Of a stretch of DNA of 64,000 bases, positions 12,278-23,787 are shown piece after piece. The first letter of the stretch is position 1, and the number at the start of each line of letters is the position of its first letter. The position numbers were made by a program, and so were the translations under genes. This DNA is from Dictyostelium discoideum (lineage: Eukaryota), in the NCBI GenBank assembly GCA_000004695.1, contig CM000152.2, positions 4,224,001 through 4,288,000 of the forward strand, read 5' to 3'. The notes beneath the pieces were generated by a model, which was not told the origin of the DNA, searched no databases, and saw only the letters and a list, made by a program, of their open reading frames with translations.

Positions 12278-12632
12278 AATTTGATTATAAGGATTGGTTA
12301 AATTCCCTTTAATTAATAAATTATTGGAATTTAAAAATAATTAACCACCATTTGAAATAAATTTTTAATTTTATGTTTTTTTTTTTCATTTTTTTTTTTT
12401 ATTTTTTTTAAATTTTTTTAATTAATTGGTAAGATTTAATTTTATAATCACGAAAACTATCTAATTATTTAGTAATTACTATTGTGTGGGTATGTTTAAA
12501 TTTTTAATTATGATAATTGGATTAAAAAAAAAATAAAAAAATAAAAAAATAAAAAAAAATAAAAGGAAAAAAAAAAAAAAATAAAATAAAATAAAAAAAA
12601 AAAAAAATAAGGTTGTTTGATCAAAAAATGAA

Positions 12633-12664
<32 letters not shown>

Positions 12665-12949
12665 TTTATTAATTTTTAAAAATTTACAACCACATTTAAC
12701 TTTTTATCATTTTTTTTTTTTTTCTTTTTAAAAAACTATATCTCTGTAAATAAAATTTTCACACACACACTCACTCTAACCGTATACCCTTAAAAAGAAA
12801 AAATTAAAAAAAACAATAAAAAAAAATCATATGGTACAATAAAATATCACTCAATTAAAAGAAAACTAATAACTATATATAAACTATAGCTAAAATAAAA
12901 TAAAATAAAATAAATAAAAAAATAATAAATAGTTAAAATAATAAGGAAA

Positions 12950-13984
12950 ATGATTATGAATCAATTGTAAGACTTTTCAACTTTTTTTTTTTTCCTTTAT
13001 CTTCATTATTTTTATTATTATTATCATTATCATTATTATACTAATTTAAATAAACCTATTTATTGTATAATATAATAATAATAATAATTTTATAGTAATT
13101 ATACATGTAATGTTATAAATCAATTTAAAAAGACAGTTTTAAAGACAGAACAAGATTTTATTGGAGCACCAAATGGAATTATCAATGTGAATGAAAATAA
13201 TTTAGATTCTCCAACATTACCAAAGAATTATCATTTACAATCACCAACTAAATTACCTTATAGTGCATATATTGCTAATCATAATAATAATAATTCAAAT
13301 AATAATTCAAATAATACTAATAATTCAAATAATAATAATAATAATAGTTCAAATAATTTTAATATTAATGGAGTATCATCACTTTCACCAATACTATCAC
13401 CAACATCTATAAATAATACAAATTCACCACTATTAACTAGTGTTAATGGAGGAAATACCGGTAGTGGATTATCAGTTAAACTTAATTTATCAAATAATAA
13501 AAAATCAACCATTTATATATTAGTAAACATTGCAATATGCACTATAAGTAATTGTCATGATTCTATCATTATATTAGGACCATGTATTGATTTCATAGAG
13601 TTATCAGATTGTTCAAAATTAACAATCATTTCAATTACAAAATCAATAAGGATAAAGTATGTTTTTAAATGTATATATATATACACACACACACACACAC
13701 TAAAAATAAATTTACTAATTTTATATATTTATTTTTTAGATCATCAAATAATATTTCATTATATATTTGTTGTAATCAAAAACCTATAATAGCTTCAGAT
13801 TGTATTGCTATTAAACTTGCACCATATAATACACATTATCCAAATTTAGAGCAACAATTAATTACATCAAAACTATCAACAACTTTATCAAATAATTGTT
13901 GGAATACACCTATAATTTTAAATTCATTTTCACCTTTAAATTCTCCAAATATTACCAATACCGATACCAACACGAATAATAATA

Positions 13985-14021
<37 letters not shown>

Positions 14022-14077
14022 TAATGGTATTTATTTAACTATACCACCAAAACTACCTTTAGAACCTTTAGATAGTA

Positions 14078-14120
<43 letters not shown>

Positions 14121-14575
14121 TAATGAAGATAATATTGAAAATTGTGATAATGATAATGATAATGAAAATGAAAATGAAATTAAAGATGAAAAAATAATAT
14201 CAAATATTTATTCAATATTAGATGCAGAAGAGTTCTTTCCATTCACTGTACCATTTTTAATTAAAGGTAAAACAAAAAATAATCCTTGCGAATTACCTTT
14301 AAATTATGTAAAATGTTTAGCTTCAAAAACAAATTCTGTTCATTCATTACATAAATTAATTCAACAAACTACAAATGATCCAAAAACAAAAGCAACTTTA
14401 TTACATTTAATTGAATCTAAATTTCAGGTATGTATTTAAAATAAAATAAATAAATAATTGAAATTTTATTAATATTTCTTTTTTTAATTTTTAATTTTTA
14501 TTATTATTATAGGAATGGTTGGTTGAAACTGATAATATAAGGCAAATAAATGATTTAATTAATATGAAAAGATAA
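12950..14575 (+). CDS. TBCC / C-CAP-cofactor-C-like domain protein; proposed exons 12950-12966, 13096-13656, 13740-14427, 14513-14575
   Basis: The ORF-track start at 13187 is GTG and no in-frame ATG lies upstream. A 17-nt first exon ATGATTATGAATCAATT followed by GTAAGA at 12967, with acceptor tatag at 13095, restores the frame. Later introns are GTATGT 13657 to AG 13739, and CAG|GTATGT 14428 to AG 14512. The beta-helix-like repeats IYILVNIAICTISNCHDSIIILGPCIDFIELSDCSKLTII / ISLYICCNQKPIIASDCIAIKLAPYN are typical of the TBCC/RP2 C-CAP domain. Confidence 0.55.
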
Positions 14576-14956
14576 AGTTTAAAAAATAGACTATGAATGT
14601 ATATATAAATAGATTTTATTTAATTATATTAAATTATTAAATCAAAAAAAAAATAAAAATAAAAATAAAAAAAAATAAAATAAATGGAAAAACTTTAATA
14701 TTTAAAAAAAAAATCACTCATTCTTTTTATATTAAAAAAAAAAAAAACAATAGTTGGATTATTATTTTAGGATATTCCCAAAATAACTCATTTTTTCACT
14801 TTTTATTTTTTTTTTTTTTTTTATTTTTTTTTTTTTTAATATCAATTCAACTGACGTAGTGTTTTTTTTTTTTTTTTTTTCTTTTTCTTAAGTTTTAAAA
14901 CTACAATGATATTAAAATAATAATAATTTTAAAGTTAATATAGAAATTGAAATACT

Positions 14957-14991
<35 letters not shown>

Positions 14992-15017
14992 TTTTCATAT
15001 AATTTAAAAAAAGAACA

Positions 15018-16493
15018 ATGATTAGAGATAAATCATCAATCTATTTTCAATGTAGAGAAGAAGCAAAAATTATTAAAAAAGAAACAGATAAAAAAGAATT
15101 TTTAACATTTATGTCAGAAAGGTCATATAATAATAATCAACCTTCACAAATTCCATCTTCATCACCATCATCCTTATCATTTCCAAATATTTTCTTTAAT
15201 AAATCCTCTAATAATAATAATAATAATAATAATTATAATTTTAAAACATCGACATCAACATCACCATCAACATCATCATTTATACCATCACAACAACCAC
15301 GTGAAAAATTAGTAAATAAACCATACTGTTTTAATTGTGGTAAAGAGTTTGGAATATTTACATCAAAGATATCATGTGATTTATGTAATATTAATTTTTG
15401 TGTACCATGTATTAAAAAGATATCAAGTAAAGATATAACAGGTGTACTAAGAGAAGGACAAGTTAAAAACTATTGTCCTAAATGTGTATTTATAGTAACT
15501 CGTGAAGAAACATCTAGAAAATTTTCATTTTATTGTGAAAAAGCTTTACAAGATCCAATTTATTTAATTTTTAATGAAATCACTTTAGTTAGAAAATCAA
15601 TTTCTGGTTGTTTACCAAAGTATGTTAAAATATATTATTATTATTATTTAATAATAATAATAATAATAACACACAAACATTAATTAATTTTTTATTTTTT
15701 TATTTATTTTTGTCCAATAGTTTTGAATATTTAGCAGAATCAATTACAAATTTTAATAATGCATCAGCAAAAAATAGAGAAACATTTTTACAAGTTTATA
15801 ATGAAGTAATAACTTTACAAAATGATTTATCAGTTTTATTTAAAGATTTTGATAAAAATTTAAAACTTATTTCATCTTGTGGTGGTCCTTCAATAACTAA
15901 AAACCAAGATAAAGTTAAATTAAATATGAAATCAACATATATTTCATTTTTACAACAAAATTTACCAAAATTTAAAACTATTCAAAATGTATGTATTTAT
16001 TAATAATAATTATTATTTTTAATTTAATTTTTATTTTATTAATTTTTTTTTTCTCCTTGATTATAAGCAATTATTACATTTAGAAATGAATACTTGTACA
16101 AATACATATATTTTTTTAAGTAGAATATCATTAGATAATAGATTGAATAGAGAATTTTGGCAAAAATATGGTAATGCATTTCAAAATACAATTAGTATAG
16201 TTAAACAAGATTTATTTAATGCTACTATAAAATGTGGTGAAAATTGGGATAAACAGAAATCTATAATTGATGATCTAATAGTTTCAGAGGAGAAATCTGA
16301 TTTAAATCTATTTGTACCTCCAAATAAAGAGATTGAAAGCACTCTATTAAGAAAGAATATAGAATTTTTATCAAAAATTTTGGATCAAATTAATGTTAGG
16401 GTTAAACCTGATGAATTAATAAATTCAAAGGATTCAATCAAACAATTACGTGATAATTTATCAATTGTTCATAAACAAGGTTTAGTCTTTTAA
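15018..16493 (+). CDS. FYVE/PHD-like zinc-finger protein (four C-x2-C pairs); exons 15018-15619, 15721-15988, 16068-16493
   Basis: Donors are GTATGT at 15620 and 15989; acceptors are aatag at 15720 and tataag at 16067; phases are consistent. The finger is CFNCGKEF...CDLCNINFCVPC...NYCPKC, lacking the canonical FYVE R(R/K)HHCR motif. Confidence 0.7.
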
Positions 16494-16787
16494 TAATAAA
16501 AAAATAAAAAATTTATAATTTTATAAAAAACTACCTATTCGTGGTATATATATATATAACAAATATACTTGTATGTGGTATATTTGAATCATTTAAAGTT
16601 TTTTTTCAATTGGTCAAAAATTAGTTAAACTAATTTAATTATCCATTTTAATTAAAAGGTGGGATCAAGCTCTTTAGTATTTTCTTGGTTTCTACACCAT
16701 AACAATAAAATTTGTTAGAATTTTTTAAATCACCAAAAAAAATTTATCAACTTATTCGGGCAATTACCACAAAATCTCACCAACAAA

Positions 16788-16858
16788 GCGTATGTGGTCT
16801 AGTGGTATGATAGCTGCCTTCCAAGCAGTTGAACCGGGTTCGATTCCCGGCATACGCA
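16788..16858 (+). tRNA. tRNA-Gly (anticodon UCC)
   Basis: 71-nt cloverleaf. Acceptor GCGTATG/CATACGC, T-arm CCGGGTTCGATTCCCGG, anticodon loop CTTCCAA. An A-box-like TGGTCTAGTGG and a B-box GGTTCGATTCC are present. Confidence 0.9.
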
Positions 16859-16907
16859 AATATTTTACAAAAATCAACATTTCCCGAACTTCAGGAATAG
16901 AACATAA

Positions 16908-16916
16908 GTTCGACTC
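16908..16916 (+). promoter_or_regulatory. Downstream ex-B box-like motif (GTTCGACTC) ~50 bp 3' of tRNA-Gly
   Basis: Dictyostelium tRNA genes commonly carry an extra B-box copy downstream. The motif is conserved at the second tRNA-Gly locus (23100-23108, minus strand). Confidence 0.45.
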
Positions 16917-16959
16917 TTGGGGAATTTCATTATAACTAGGTTCATTTGTGCTTTTTATA

Positions 16960-17982
16960 TGTTCAGTTAAAATTTTAATAAAAGTCTTTAACTACATCTG
17001 AACGAGATATCATCTGAAAGATTGAAATTGTGATTTAAATCTATTCGTAGTTTTTTAAAAGGAGAGGTGGAAAGTAGAGACAGATAAAATAATAATAAAA
17101 ATTCATTCATTTTCTTAAACATAAAATATATCATATTAATTTTATTATTTTATTATTTATCAAGGATTTTACCAATCTCTATCGAGTATGGATTTAAGTT
17201 TGTTTAGTTTGGAAGATGTTGAAAATTAGTATTCAAATTGGGCTAACAGTGCTCTTTGTAGTTGCTAGGGTTAAAGAATTATCCTCAAAGGAATGCAATT
17301 TTTCTCTTAGATTGGTTTATTGGCTGCACACACATCGTTAATATACTCACAATCCCAATAACTCCACAATCCTACAAAGACAAAACCCCTATATACATGA
17401 TCCAGCCGATTTACCATTATATACTCCGGCCCCCAAAACAACCTATAACCGATTACTAATCCTAAATTTACTGGTTATACTTTCATAAATCTATTCAAAA
17501 ACATTCTCAAAATGTAGTAAAACTCATTTCATTCTAGATGCCTACCTATTAACCAACATGACCAACTTTGCCATCTCTACAATGAAGACATGCCCGATCT
17601 ATCTGGTCCCCTCTTCTTAGAGTGACACACGAATATTACAATTCATAAACTTTAAGGAGATTAAAACAGTAATCATTGATCTCACAGACTCATTATTTAT
17701 ACCTTGTATTATAATTATTATGAAACAACCACCTAAAACCATCACAAAAGATAAATTGAAATCAGATTTCATTGTCCATACCCAACCCTTCTATTAAATA
17801 GTGCAAACTACACTAGAATATAAAATAAAAAAATTGAAATTTTCTCTTTCAAAAGATCCAAGTAATTTTAGATATTTTTACCTAAAAAAAAAGATCAAGA
17901 AAATGTCATACCATCTTCAATAACCTATTTAATGATTTAATCAAAAAACAATATTAAAACTGGTAAGAATTGAGTTAATAGT

Positions 17983-18016
<34 letters not shown>

Positions 18017-18045
18017 TTGGTAAAAAAAAAAAAAAAAAAAAAAAA
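16960..18045 (+). mobile_element. 5'-truncated non-LTR retroelement fragment (TRE3-like, tRNA-downstream class) ending in (AAT)n/poly(A)
   Basis: Complex, relatively GC-rich non-coding sequence starting ~100 bp downstream of tRNA-Gly, ending in poly(A) at ~18020-18045. The 17760-17900 segment is homologous to 42940-43060, downstream of tRNA-Lys(CUU). Confidence 0.4.
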
Positions 18046-18187
18046 GTAGTTTAATATTGGTAAAAATGAATAACCAAATGACAATAATAAAGTTACCAAA
18101 TGGTTTTTTTTTTTTTTTTTTTATTTATTTTAGATTTAAAACAAAGGAAAAAAAAAAAAATAATAAAAATAGAAACAAGAATTCTTT

Positions 18188-18220
<33 letters not shown>

Positions 18221-18260
18221 TTAATTTTGGGAAAAAAAAAAATAAAAATAAATCTATGAT

Positions 18261-19201
18261 TTAAATTTCATTATCATAATCATTTTCATCATAATAATCG
18301 TCATCGATTTCATATTCATCATGATCATATTCATCACCGCTTTTTGATTTTCTATTACTTCTATTGAAACCATGATAATCATCGAAATCGTCATAACCTT
18401 CATCATCATCTTCGCTTGATGGATATTCCCTATACCAATTTTCTGAATCTACACTAAAGTCATCTGATAAACCACCATCTAAAATGTCATAAAAATCATC
18501 TTCAGGTGGCAAGGTTACAGTTTCAATTAAATCTGAATGCTCTTCATTTAATCTTAACAATTGTGATTGTTGATCAATTGATGGATTAAAATAATAATAA
18601 TCATAAACATATTTGGTTTCCATTGGTTTACTACTACTATCGTTAGGACCACCCAAATGTTCGTCCAATAATGTTCTATAATTTGAAATTAATTCCTCCT
18701 CTTCCTTTGATAGTGTTGAACCTAATAAATTATTTGGATCCAATATAGTTCTTTCCAATTCAATAACATCATGATCTTGAAATAATTTTCTTTCTTCTTT
18801 ACTAAATAAATTTCTATTTGTATTAATTTGTTTATATCTTGATTCTTTTCTTTTTTTCTATTTAAATAAAATTAAATAAAAAATTAATAAAAAAAAAAAA
18901 AAAAAAAAAAAAAGTATGTTGAATAATAATAAAAATCAAAAAAAAAATACAAACAATTGCTTTTTCTCTTTTGGATTCTAATTGTTTTGGTGAAGATATA
19001 ACACCTTTTTGATTAAACTCTTCAATTCTTTGTTGAAGTTTAGTTAATAATACATTAGTGCCATTTGATGGTACATCGAGTGTTGTAATCAATGTAAATA
19101 ATTTTCTATCCTTTTCTGGTAAATTTGATTTGTTTGGTGTTGTTATTTTATCATTATTATTACTATTATCATTATTATTATTGTTGTTGTTGTTGTTATT
19201 C

Positions 19202-19251
<50 letters not shown>

Positions 19252-19538
19252 ATTGTTATTTTCTTTTGAAGTTTCTATATCATTTGGTAATTTATGATTA
19301 TCATTATCATCATCATTATTTTGAATTCCAAAATCTTTAAATGAATCTAAAAATGCTTTTTTTCTTGGTCTTTCAATAAATATTGATGGTAGTGCATCAT
19401 CATCTATCTTTCTTTTAATCTTTAAAATTACTGGTTTATTTGCTTTATTTATATTTTGTTGTTGTTGCTGTTGTTGAAGTTGTTGTATTTCTTTTTGAAT
19501 TTTTTGTTGTCTTTCTTCATCTTCTTTATCTTTACGAC

Positions 19539-19599
<61 letters not shown>

Positions 19600-19821
19600 G
19601 TTACCATTTATATTATCATTATCATTTCTTGAAGAAATTTCAAATTTTGTTGGATTTAAAACCATTTCTGTTAATAAATCATTATTAATATTATTCTTTG
19701 TTCTTTGTTTTGGTATATTTGGTGTAAATATCTTTTTAGCCGACGATGACTTTTTTTGAGGTGTTATTATTTGATTATCATTTTCTTGTTTATTATTTGC
19801 ATTTATTGTTGAAGATTTCAT
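18261..19821 (-). CDS. N-rich nuclear-like protein with a very acidic D/E/Y-rich C-terminus; exons 19821-18955 and 18857-18261
   Basis: The downstream ORF has no in-frame ATG (the tool start is TTG). Joining via donor GTTTGT at 18954 and acceptor tttaaatag at 18858 (97-nt T-rich intron) is phase 0 and yields ...ESKREKAI|KKRKESRYKQ...ELERTILDPNN.... Confidence 0.55.
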
Positions 19822-20318
19822 AATATAATTTTAATTATTTATTTATTTGAATTTTTATTTACACGTTCGTATGTTCAACAAAATGAAAATAAAAATTAAA
19901 AAATTAAAAAAAAAAATAAAAATAAAAATAAAAATAAAAATAAAAAAATAAAAAAAAAAATTAAAAATTAAAAAAATAAAAAAAAAAATTAATTAAAAAA
20001 TAAAAAAAATTAGATCTATTGTTGTTGTTATTATTATTATAATTAAAATTTCTCAAACGAAGAAAAAAATTAAAAAAAAAAAAAAGACGAGAGGGAGGGA
20101 TATTTAATATAAAAATTAATTAAAAAAAAAATATGAAAAAAAAGAAAAATATAAAAAAAAAATAAAAAAAAAAGTTTTTTTGTTTTAATTTTTTATTTTT
20201 TTATTTTTTTTTTATATCGCACATATAAATATAAAATATAAATTTGTTTATTTCTTCTTCTATTCACTATTTAAAAATAAAAAATAATAATAATAAAAAA
20301 AAAAAAAAAAAAAAGGAA

Positions 20319-20703
20319 ATGGATGACAGTAGTGTATTATTATTAGATGAGGAGTTAAAAAAGATAAATGAAAAGTTTCAAGCAGGTGAAATGAAAGCGT
20401 TTGGTTTAAATCAACAAAAGATTTTAAAAGATTTTCAAGAAATTAGAAAACAACAAGCTCAATTATCGATGAAACAAGTATCAATTGGTTCAGAAAGAAT
20501 AAAAGTACATGATATTGAAAATATTGGTAAAGAAGATGCTGATACTAATATTTATGATTCAATCAAAGAAAAAGAAGAAGATTTAACAAAATTAACTCAA
20601 ACTTTAAATTCAATTTGTAAAAATATGTATGTTATTAATAATATATCATTTTGTTGTTGTTTTTGTTGATGCATTTATTTTATTTTATTTATTTAATAAC
20701 TAA

Positions 20704-20738
<35 letters not shown>

Positions 20739-20805
20739 AAGTGAAATAACAAACCAATTAGCAAGCCAAAGTGGAAATAAAAATAAAAATCATAATAATA
20801 TTTAA
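20319..20805 (+). CDS. Small coiled-coil protein (~135 aa), hypothetical; exons 20319-20626 and 20742-20805
   Basis: ATG at 20319 (MDDSSVLLLDEELKK...). Donor GTATGT at 20627, acceptor aaaaag at 20741, ending ...NHNNI. Without splicing the ORF ends in an odd ...CCCFC tail. Confidence 0.4.
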
Positions 20806-21221
20806 ATTTGGTAGAAAAAAAAAAAAATAGTTTACAGAAAACAAGGTTTAATAAGAAAAAAAATTAATCTCAAGGATTCAAGAAATATTTTTTTTTGGTC
20901 GCAGTTATAACGATTCTTTTTTTTTTTTAGCGCCTCAAAAAAAAAGATTGCCCCAAAGTTCTAAGAAAAAAAAAAATTATTCAAAATAAAATATTATTTT
21001 TTTTTTTCAATTTTTTTTTTTTTTTTTTTGATTTGGCTGTCATTTTTTTTATAAATAAAATTGGTTTCCTTTTTTTCTTTTACTTTTGTCAATACAATTA
21101 TTATTCTAAACAAATTTTTATATATCTTTTGAAAAAAAAAAAAAATAAAAAAAAGAAAAGAAAAAAAAGAAAAATAAAAAAAAGAAAAAAAAAAACATTT
21201 TTTACATATATATATTTAAAA

Positions 21222-22856
21222 ATGGCTACAGATTATTCAAATATGTCATATTCTCAACTTCAAGGTTTAGCAAAGTCAAATGGTATAAAAGCAAATGGTA
21301 AAAAAGATGAACTCATTGAAAGATTAGAGAAATATGATTCAGAAAGTAAAACAACAACAACTACTACCACCACCACCACTACAAGTTCAACAACATCAAA
21401 GAGAAAGAAAAGAGATGAATCAGAGCCAGAAGAAGATAGTGAAGATGAAGAGATTGAAAAGCCAGTAGCACCAGTTAAAAGAGCACCATCCAAGAAATCA
21501 GCAGCAATTAATAATAAAAAGCGTAGAGCTGAAGAAGAAGAAGAAAAAGAAGAAGAAGGAGAAGAAAAAGAAGATGATGATAATGATGATCATATTATTT
21601 TACCACAAGCCACAGTCACTACTACTACTACAAGTTCAACATCAAATGGAGCACAAATTAAAAAAGTTGGACCATTTGATAAATGTGAAGATGATATTGG
21701 TAAATGGATTAGAGATGAATCTGTTTCTTATTACCTTGGCGAAGTTTTATCAAGATCAAAGATTGCATCATTTGATATGGATAGTACAATGATTAAGAAT
21801 AAATCTGGTAAAGTTCATGCAATAAATAAGGACGATTGGTTATGGTGGGATGAATGTGTTCCAAAGAATCTTAAACAACTTTACAATGATGGTTATCAAG
21901 TTGTTATCTTTACAAATCAAGGTGGTATTGGTCATGGCTCTAAATTTTGTAGAACAAAATTCAATGATATCACAAAGAAGATTGAAATCCTCGAGAAAGA
22001 ATTAGGTTTCCCATTGATTGCATTCATTGCTTGTGCCGATGATGCCAATAGAAAACCAAATAGAAAGATGTGGGACATGATGTACGAGTGTACCGATGGC
22101 AAAGTTGTAATCAACGAAAGTGAATCATTCTATTGTGGTGATGCTGCAGGTCGTCCAGATGGTTGGAAAGCTGGTGTTAAAAAAGATTTCAGTAATAGTG
22201 ATTTAGGTTTCGCCATGACAGTTGGTATTCGTTTTGAAACTCCTGAAACTCATTTCCTTGGTGAAAGTCATTTTGTTTTAGCAGGTGGTGATGATATTGT
22301 CAACTCATTAATTCCAAGTGCTCCAACAAGTGGTAAAAGTTTTGAAAGCGATTCAATCGTCACAAAAGATTTTGAAATGGTTATTTCCGTTGGTTATCCA
22401 GCCGCTGGTAAATCAACTTTTGCTAGAAAATATTTTGGTCCAGCTGGTTATGCAATCATTAATCAAGACACTTTGAAAGATAAAGCCCAATGTTTAAAAG
22501 CTGCCAACGCTGCCCTCGCTCAAGGTAAATCTGTTATCATTGATAATACGAATCCCACTAAAGATGTTCGTGCTGAATACCTTGCTTTAGCTAAAAAATA
22601 CAATGCCAAAGCTCGTTGTTTAAACTTTACAACCTCATTCGATTTAGCTATGCATCTCAACTATTACCGTGAAAGAAAAGATGGTGTCAAACATATCCCA
22701 AGTATAGGTTACTTTACATTTAGAAAGAAATATCAAGAACCAAATACAAGTGAAGGTTTTGTTTCTGTTCATCAAATTAATTTTATACTTGACTTAGATG
22801 ATAAAAATAAATCAATGTACTTTATTCCAAATCCAAAAGCTAAAGCTAAAAAATAA
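21222..22856 (+). CDS. Bifunctional polynucleotide 3'-phosphatase / 5'-kinase (PNKP) with an N-terminal SAP motif
   Basis: HAD phosphatase motif FDMDSTMI with downstream GDAAGRPDG. Kinase P-loop VISVGYPAAGKSTFARKY. N-terminal YSQLQGLAKSNGIKANGKKDELIERLEKY matches the SAP consensus. The ORF-track start at 21033 is AT-rich UTR read-through; the true ATG is 21222. Confidence 0.9.
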   Translation: MATDYSNMSYSQLQGLAKSNGIKANGKKDELIERLEKYDSESKTTTTTTTTTTTSSTTSKRKKRDESEPEEDSEDEEIEKPVAPVKRAPSKKSAAINNKKRRAEEEEEKEEEGEEKEDDDNDDHIILPQATVTTTTTSSTSNGAQIKKVGPFDKCEDDIGKWIRDESVSYYLGEVLSRSKIASFDMDSTMIKNKSGKVHAINKDDWLWWDECVPKNLKQLYNDGYQVVIFTNQGGIGHGSKFCRTKFNDITKKIEILEKELGFPLIAFIACADDANRKPNRKMWDMMYECTDGKVVINESESFYCGDAAGRPDGWKAGVKKDFSNSDLGFAMTVGIRFETPETHFLGESHFVLAGGDDIVNSLIPSAPTSGKSFESDSIVTKDFEMVISVGYPAAGKSTFARKYFGPAGYAIINQDTLKDKAQCLKAANAALAQGKSVIIDNTNPTKDVRAEYLALAKKYNAKARCLNFTTSFDLAMHLNYYRERKDGVKHIPSIGYFTFRKKYQEPNTSEGFVSVHQINFILDLDDKNKSMYFIPNPKAKAKK

Positions 22857-23069
22857 AATAAAATAAAATAAAATAATAAAAAAAAAATTTGTAATTTAGA
22901 ATTCAATTTTCCTTTAAATTTGTTTTAATCATAATTAATTTTAAAATATAGTGCAGTAATTGTTATAATTTTTTTTTTTTTAAAAAATCAAATAATAAGA
23001 TTGTAATTGATTAGATGAATTGGTAAAAGGAGATAAGATTAGAAAGCACTGATTCTAGAACACAGTACT

Positions 23070-23330
23070 TTGCAAGTTATATTTATGTTAACTGGACAAG
23101 AGTCGAACTTATGTTCTTTTTCCGGAAGTTCCGAGAATATTGGTTTGTAGAAAAATATATGCGTATGCCGGGAATCGAACCCGGTTCAACTGCTTGGAAG
23201 GCAGCTATCATACCACTAGACCACATACGCTATGTTGATGAGATTTTGGGGTAAATGCCCGAATAAGTTTTAAAAAAATTATTGATGATTTTGATTGATT
23301 AAATTTTTTTTGGTGATGTAGAAAAATTTT
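23070..23330. repeat. Inverted duplicate of the tRNA-Gly locus unit (tRNA plus ~100 bp upstream and ~60 bp downstream flank), partner at ~16690-16950
   Basis: The upstream flank atcaccaaaaaaaattta...cttattcgggca.ttacc.caaaatctca.caaca and the downstream cggaacttc.ggaa.agaacataagttcgactctt are conserved in both copies in opposite orientation. Confidence 0.75.
23160..23230 (-). tRNA. tRNA-Gly (anticodon UCC), identical to the copy at 16788-16858
   Basis: The reverse complement of 23160-23230 equals the 71-nt tRNA-Gly sequence exactly. A T-run follows on the minus strand. Confidence 0.9.
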
Positions 23331-23787
23331 ATATTAAAAATTTAGGGGAAATAATAATTTGTTTGATTATGTATTTTTTATCTTACAAATACCAAATTAT
23401 AAAACTCAAACTCCCTTTAAACCAATTTCAATAAAGTACTCAACAAAACTCAATTTGGGTTTTACTTTTTTGACATTTAACCAAAATGAAAATATTTTTT
23501 TTTTTTTCAACTTAAAAAGTCACAACTTTCAATCACGATTTAAATAAATTTAAAAATCCATTTTAATGGTTTGGTTTTTATTTTATTTTTAAAAAAAAAA
23601 AAAAATAAAAAAATAAAAAAAAAAAAAAAAATGGCCAAGAATAATAAATTGGTTTTTTTTTTTGGTTTTTAGATAAACCTTTCAAATAAAATTTAATTAA
23701 ATTTTTTTTTAAAATATTATTGGTCCTGAGGAAACTAATGGAAAAAAAAAAAAAAAAAAAAAATTATCAGTATAATTTATATAAAAC

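Noticed and set aside
12000-12950. Possible gene in the 1-kb gap between the Nudix and TBCC-domain genes
   Set aside because: It contains only A/T homopolymers and short repeats, and no ORF longer than 60 aa or splice-supported exon was found. It was interpreted as a divergent or convergent promoter spacer.
13187-13189. Start codon of the TBCC-domain ORF as given by the ORF track
   Set aside because: The codon at 13187 is GTG and the frame is open upstream to 13088 with no ATG. It is replaced by a spliced 17-nt first exon.
18756-18758. Start codon of the 18261-18758 ORF
   Set aside because: The codon is TTG and the frame continues upstream without an ATG, so it was treated as exon 2 of the 19821 gene.
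21033-21221. N-terminal 63 residues of the 607-aa PNKP ORF (MAVIFFINKIGFLFFFYF...KKKKNKKKKRKK...)
   Set aside because: This is AT-rich promoter/5' UTR read-through (poly-K from A-tracts). The conserved protein starts at the ATG at 21222 with the SAP motif.
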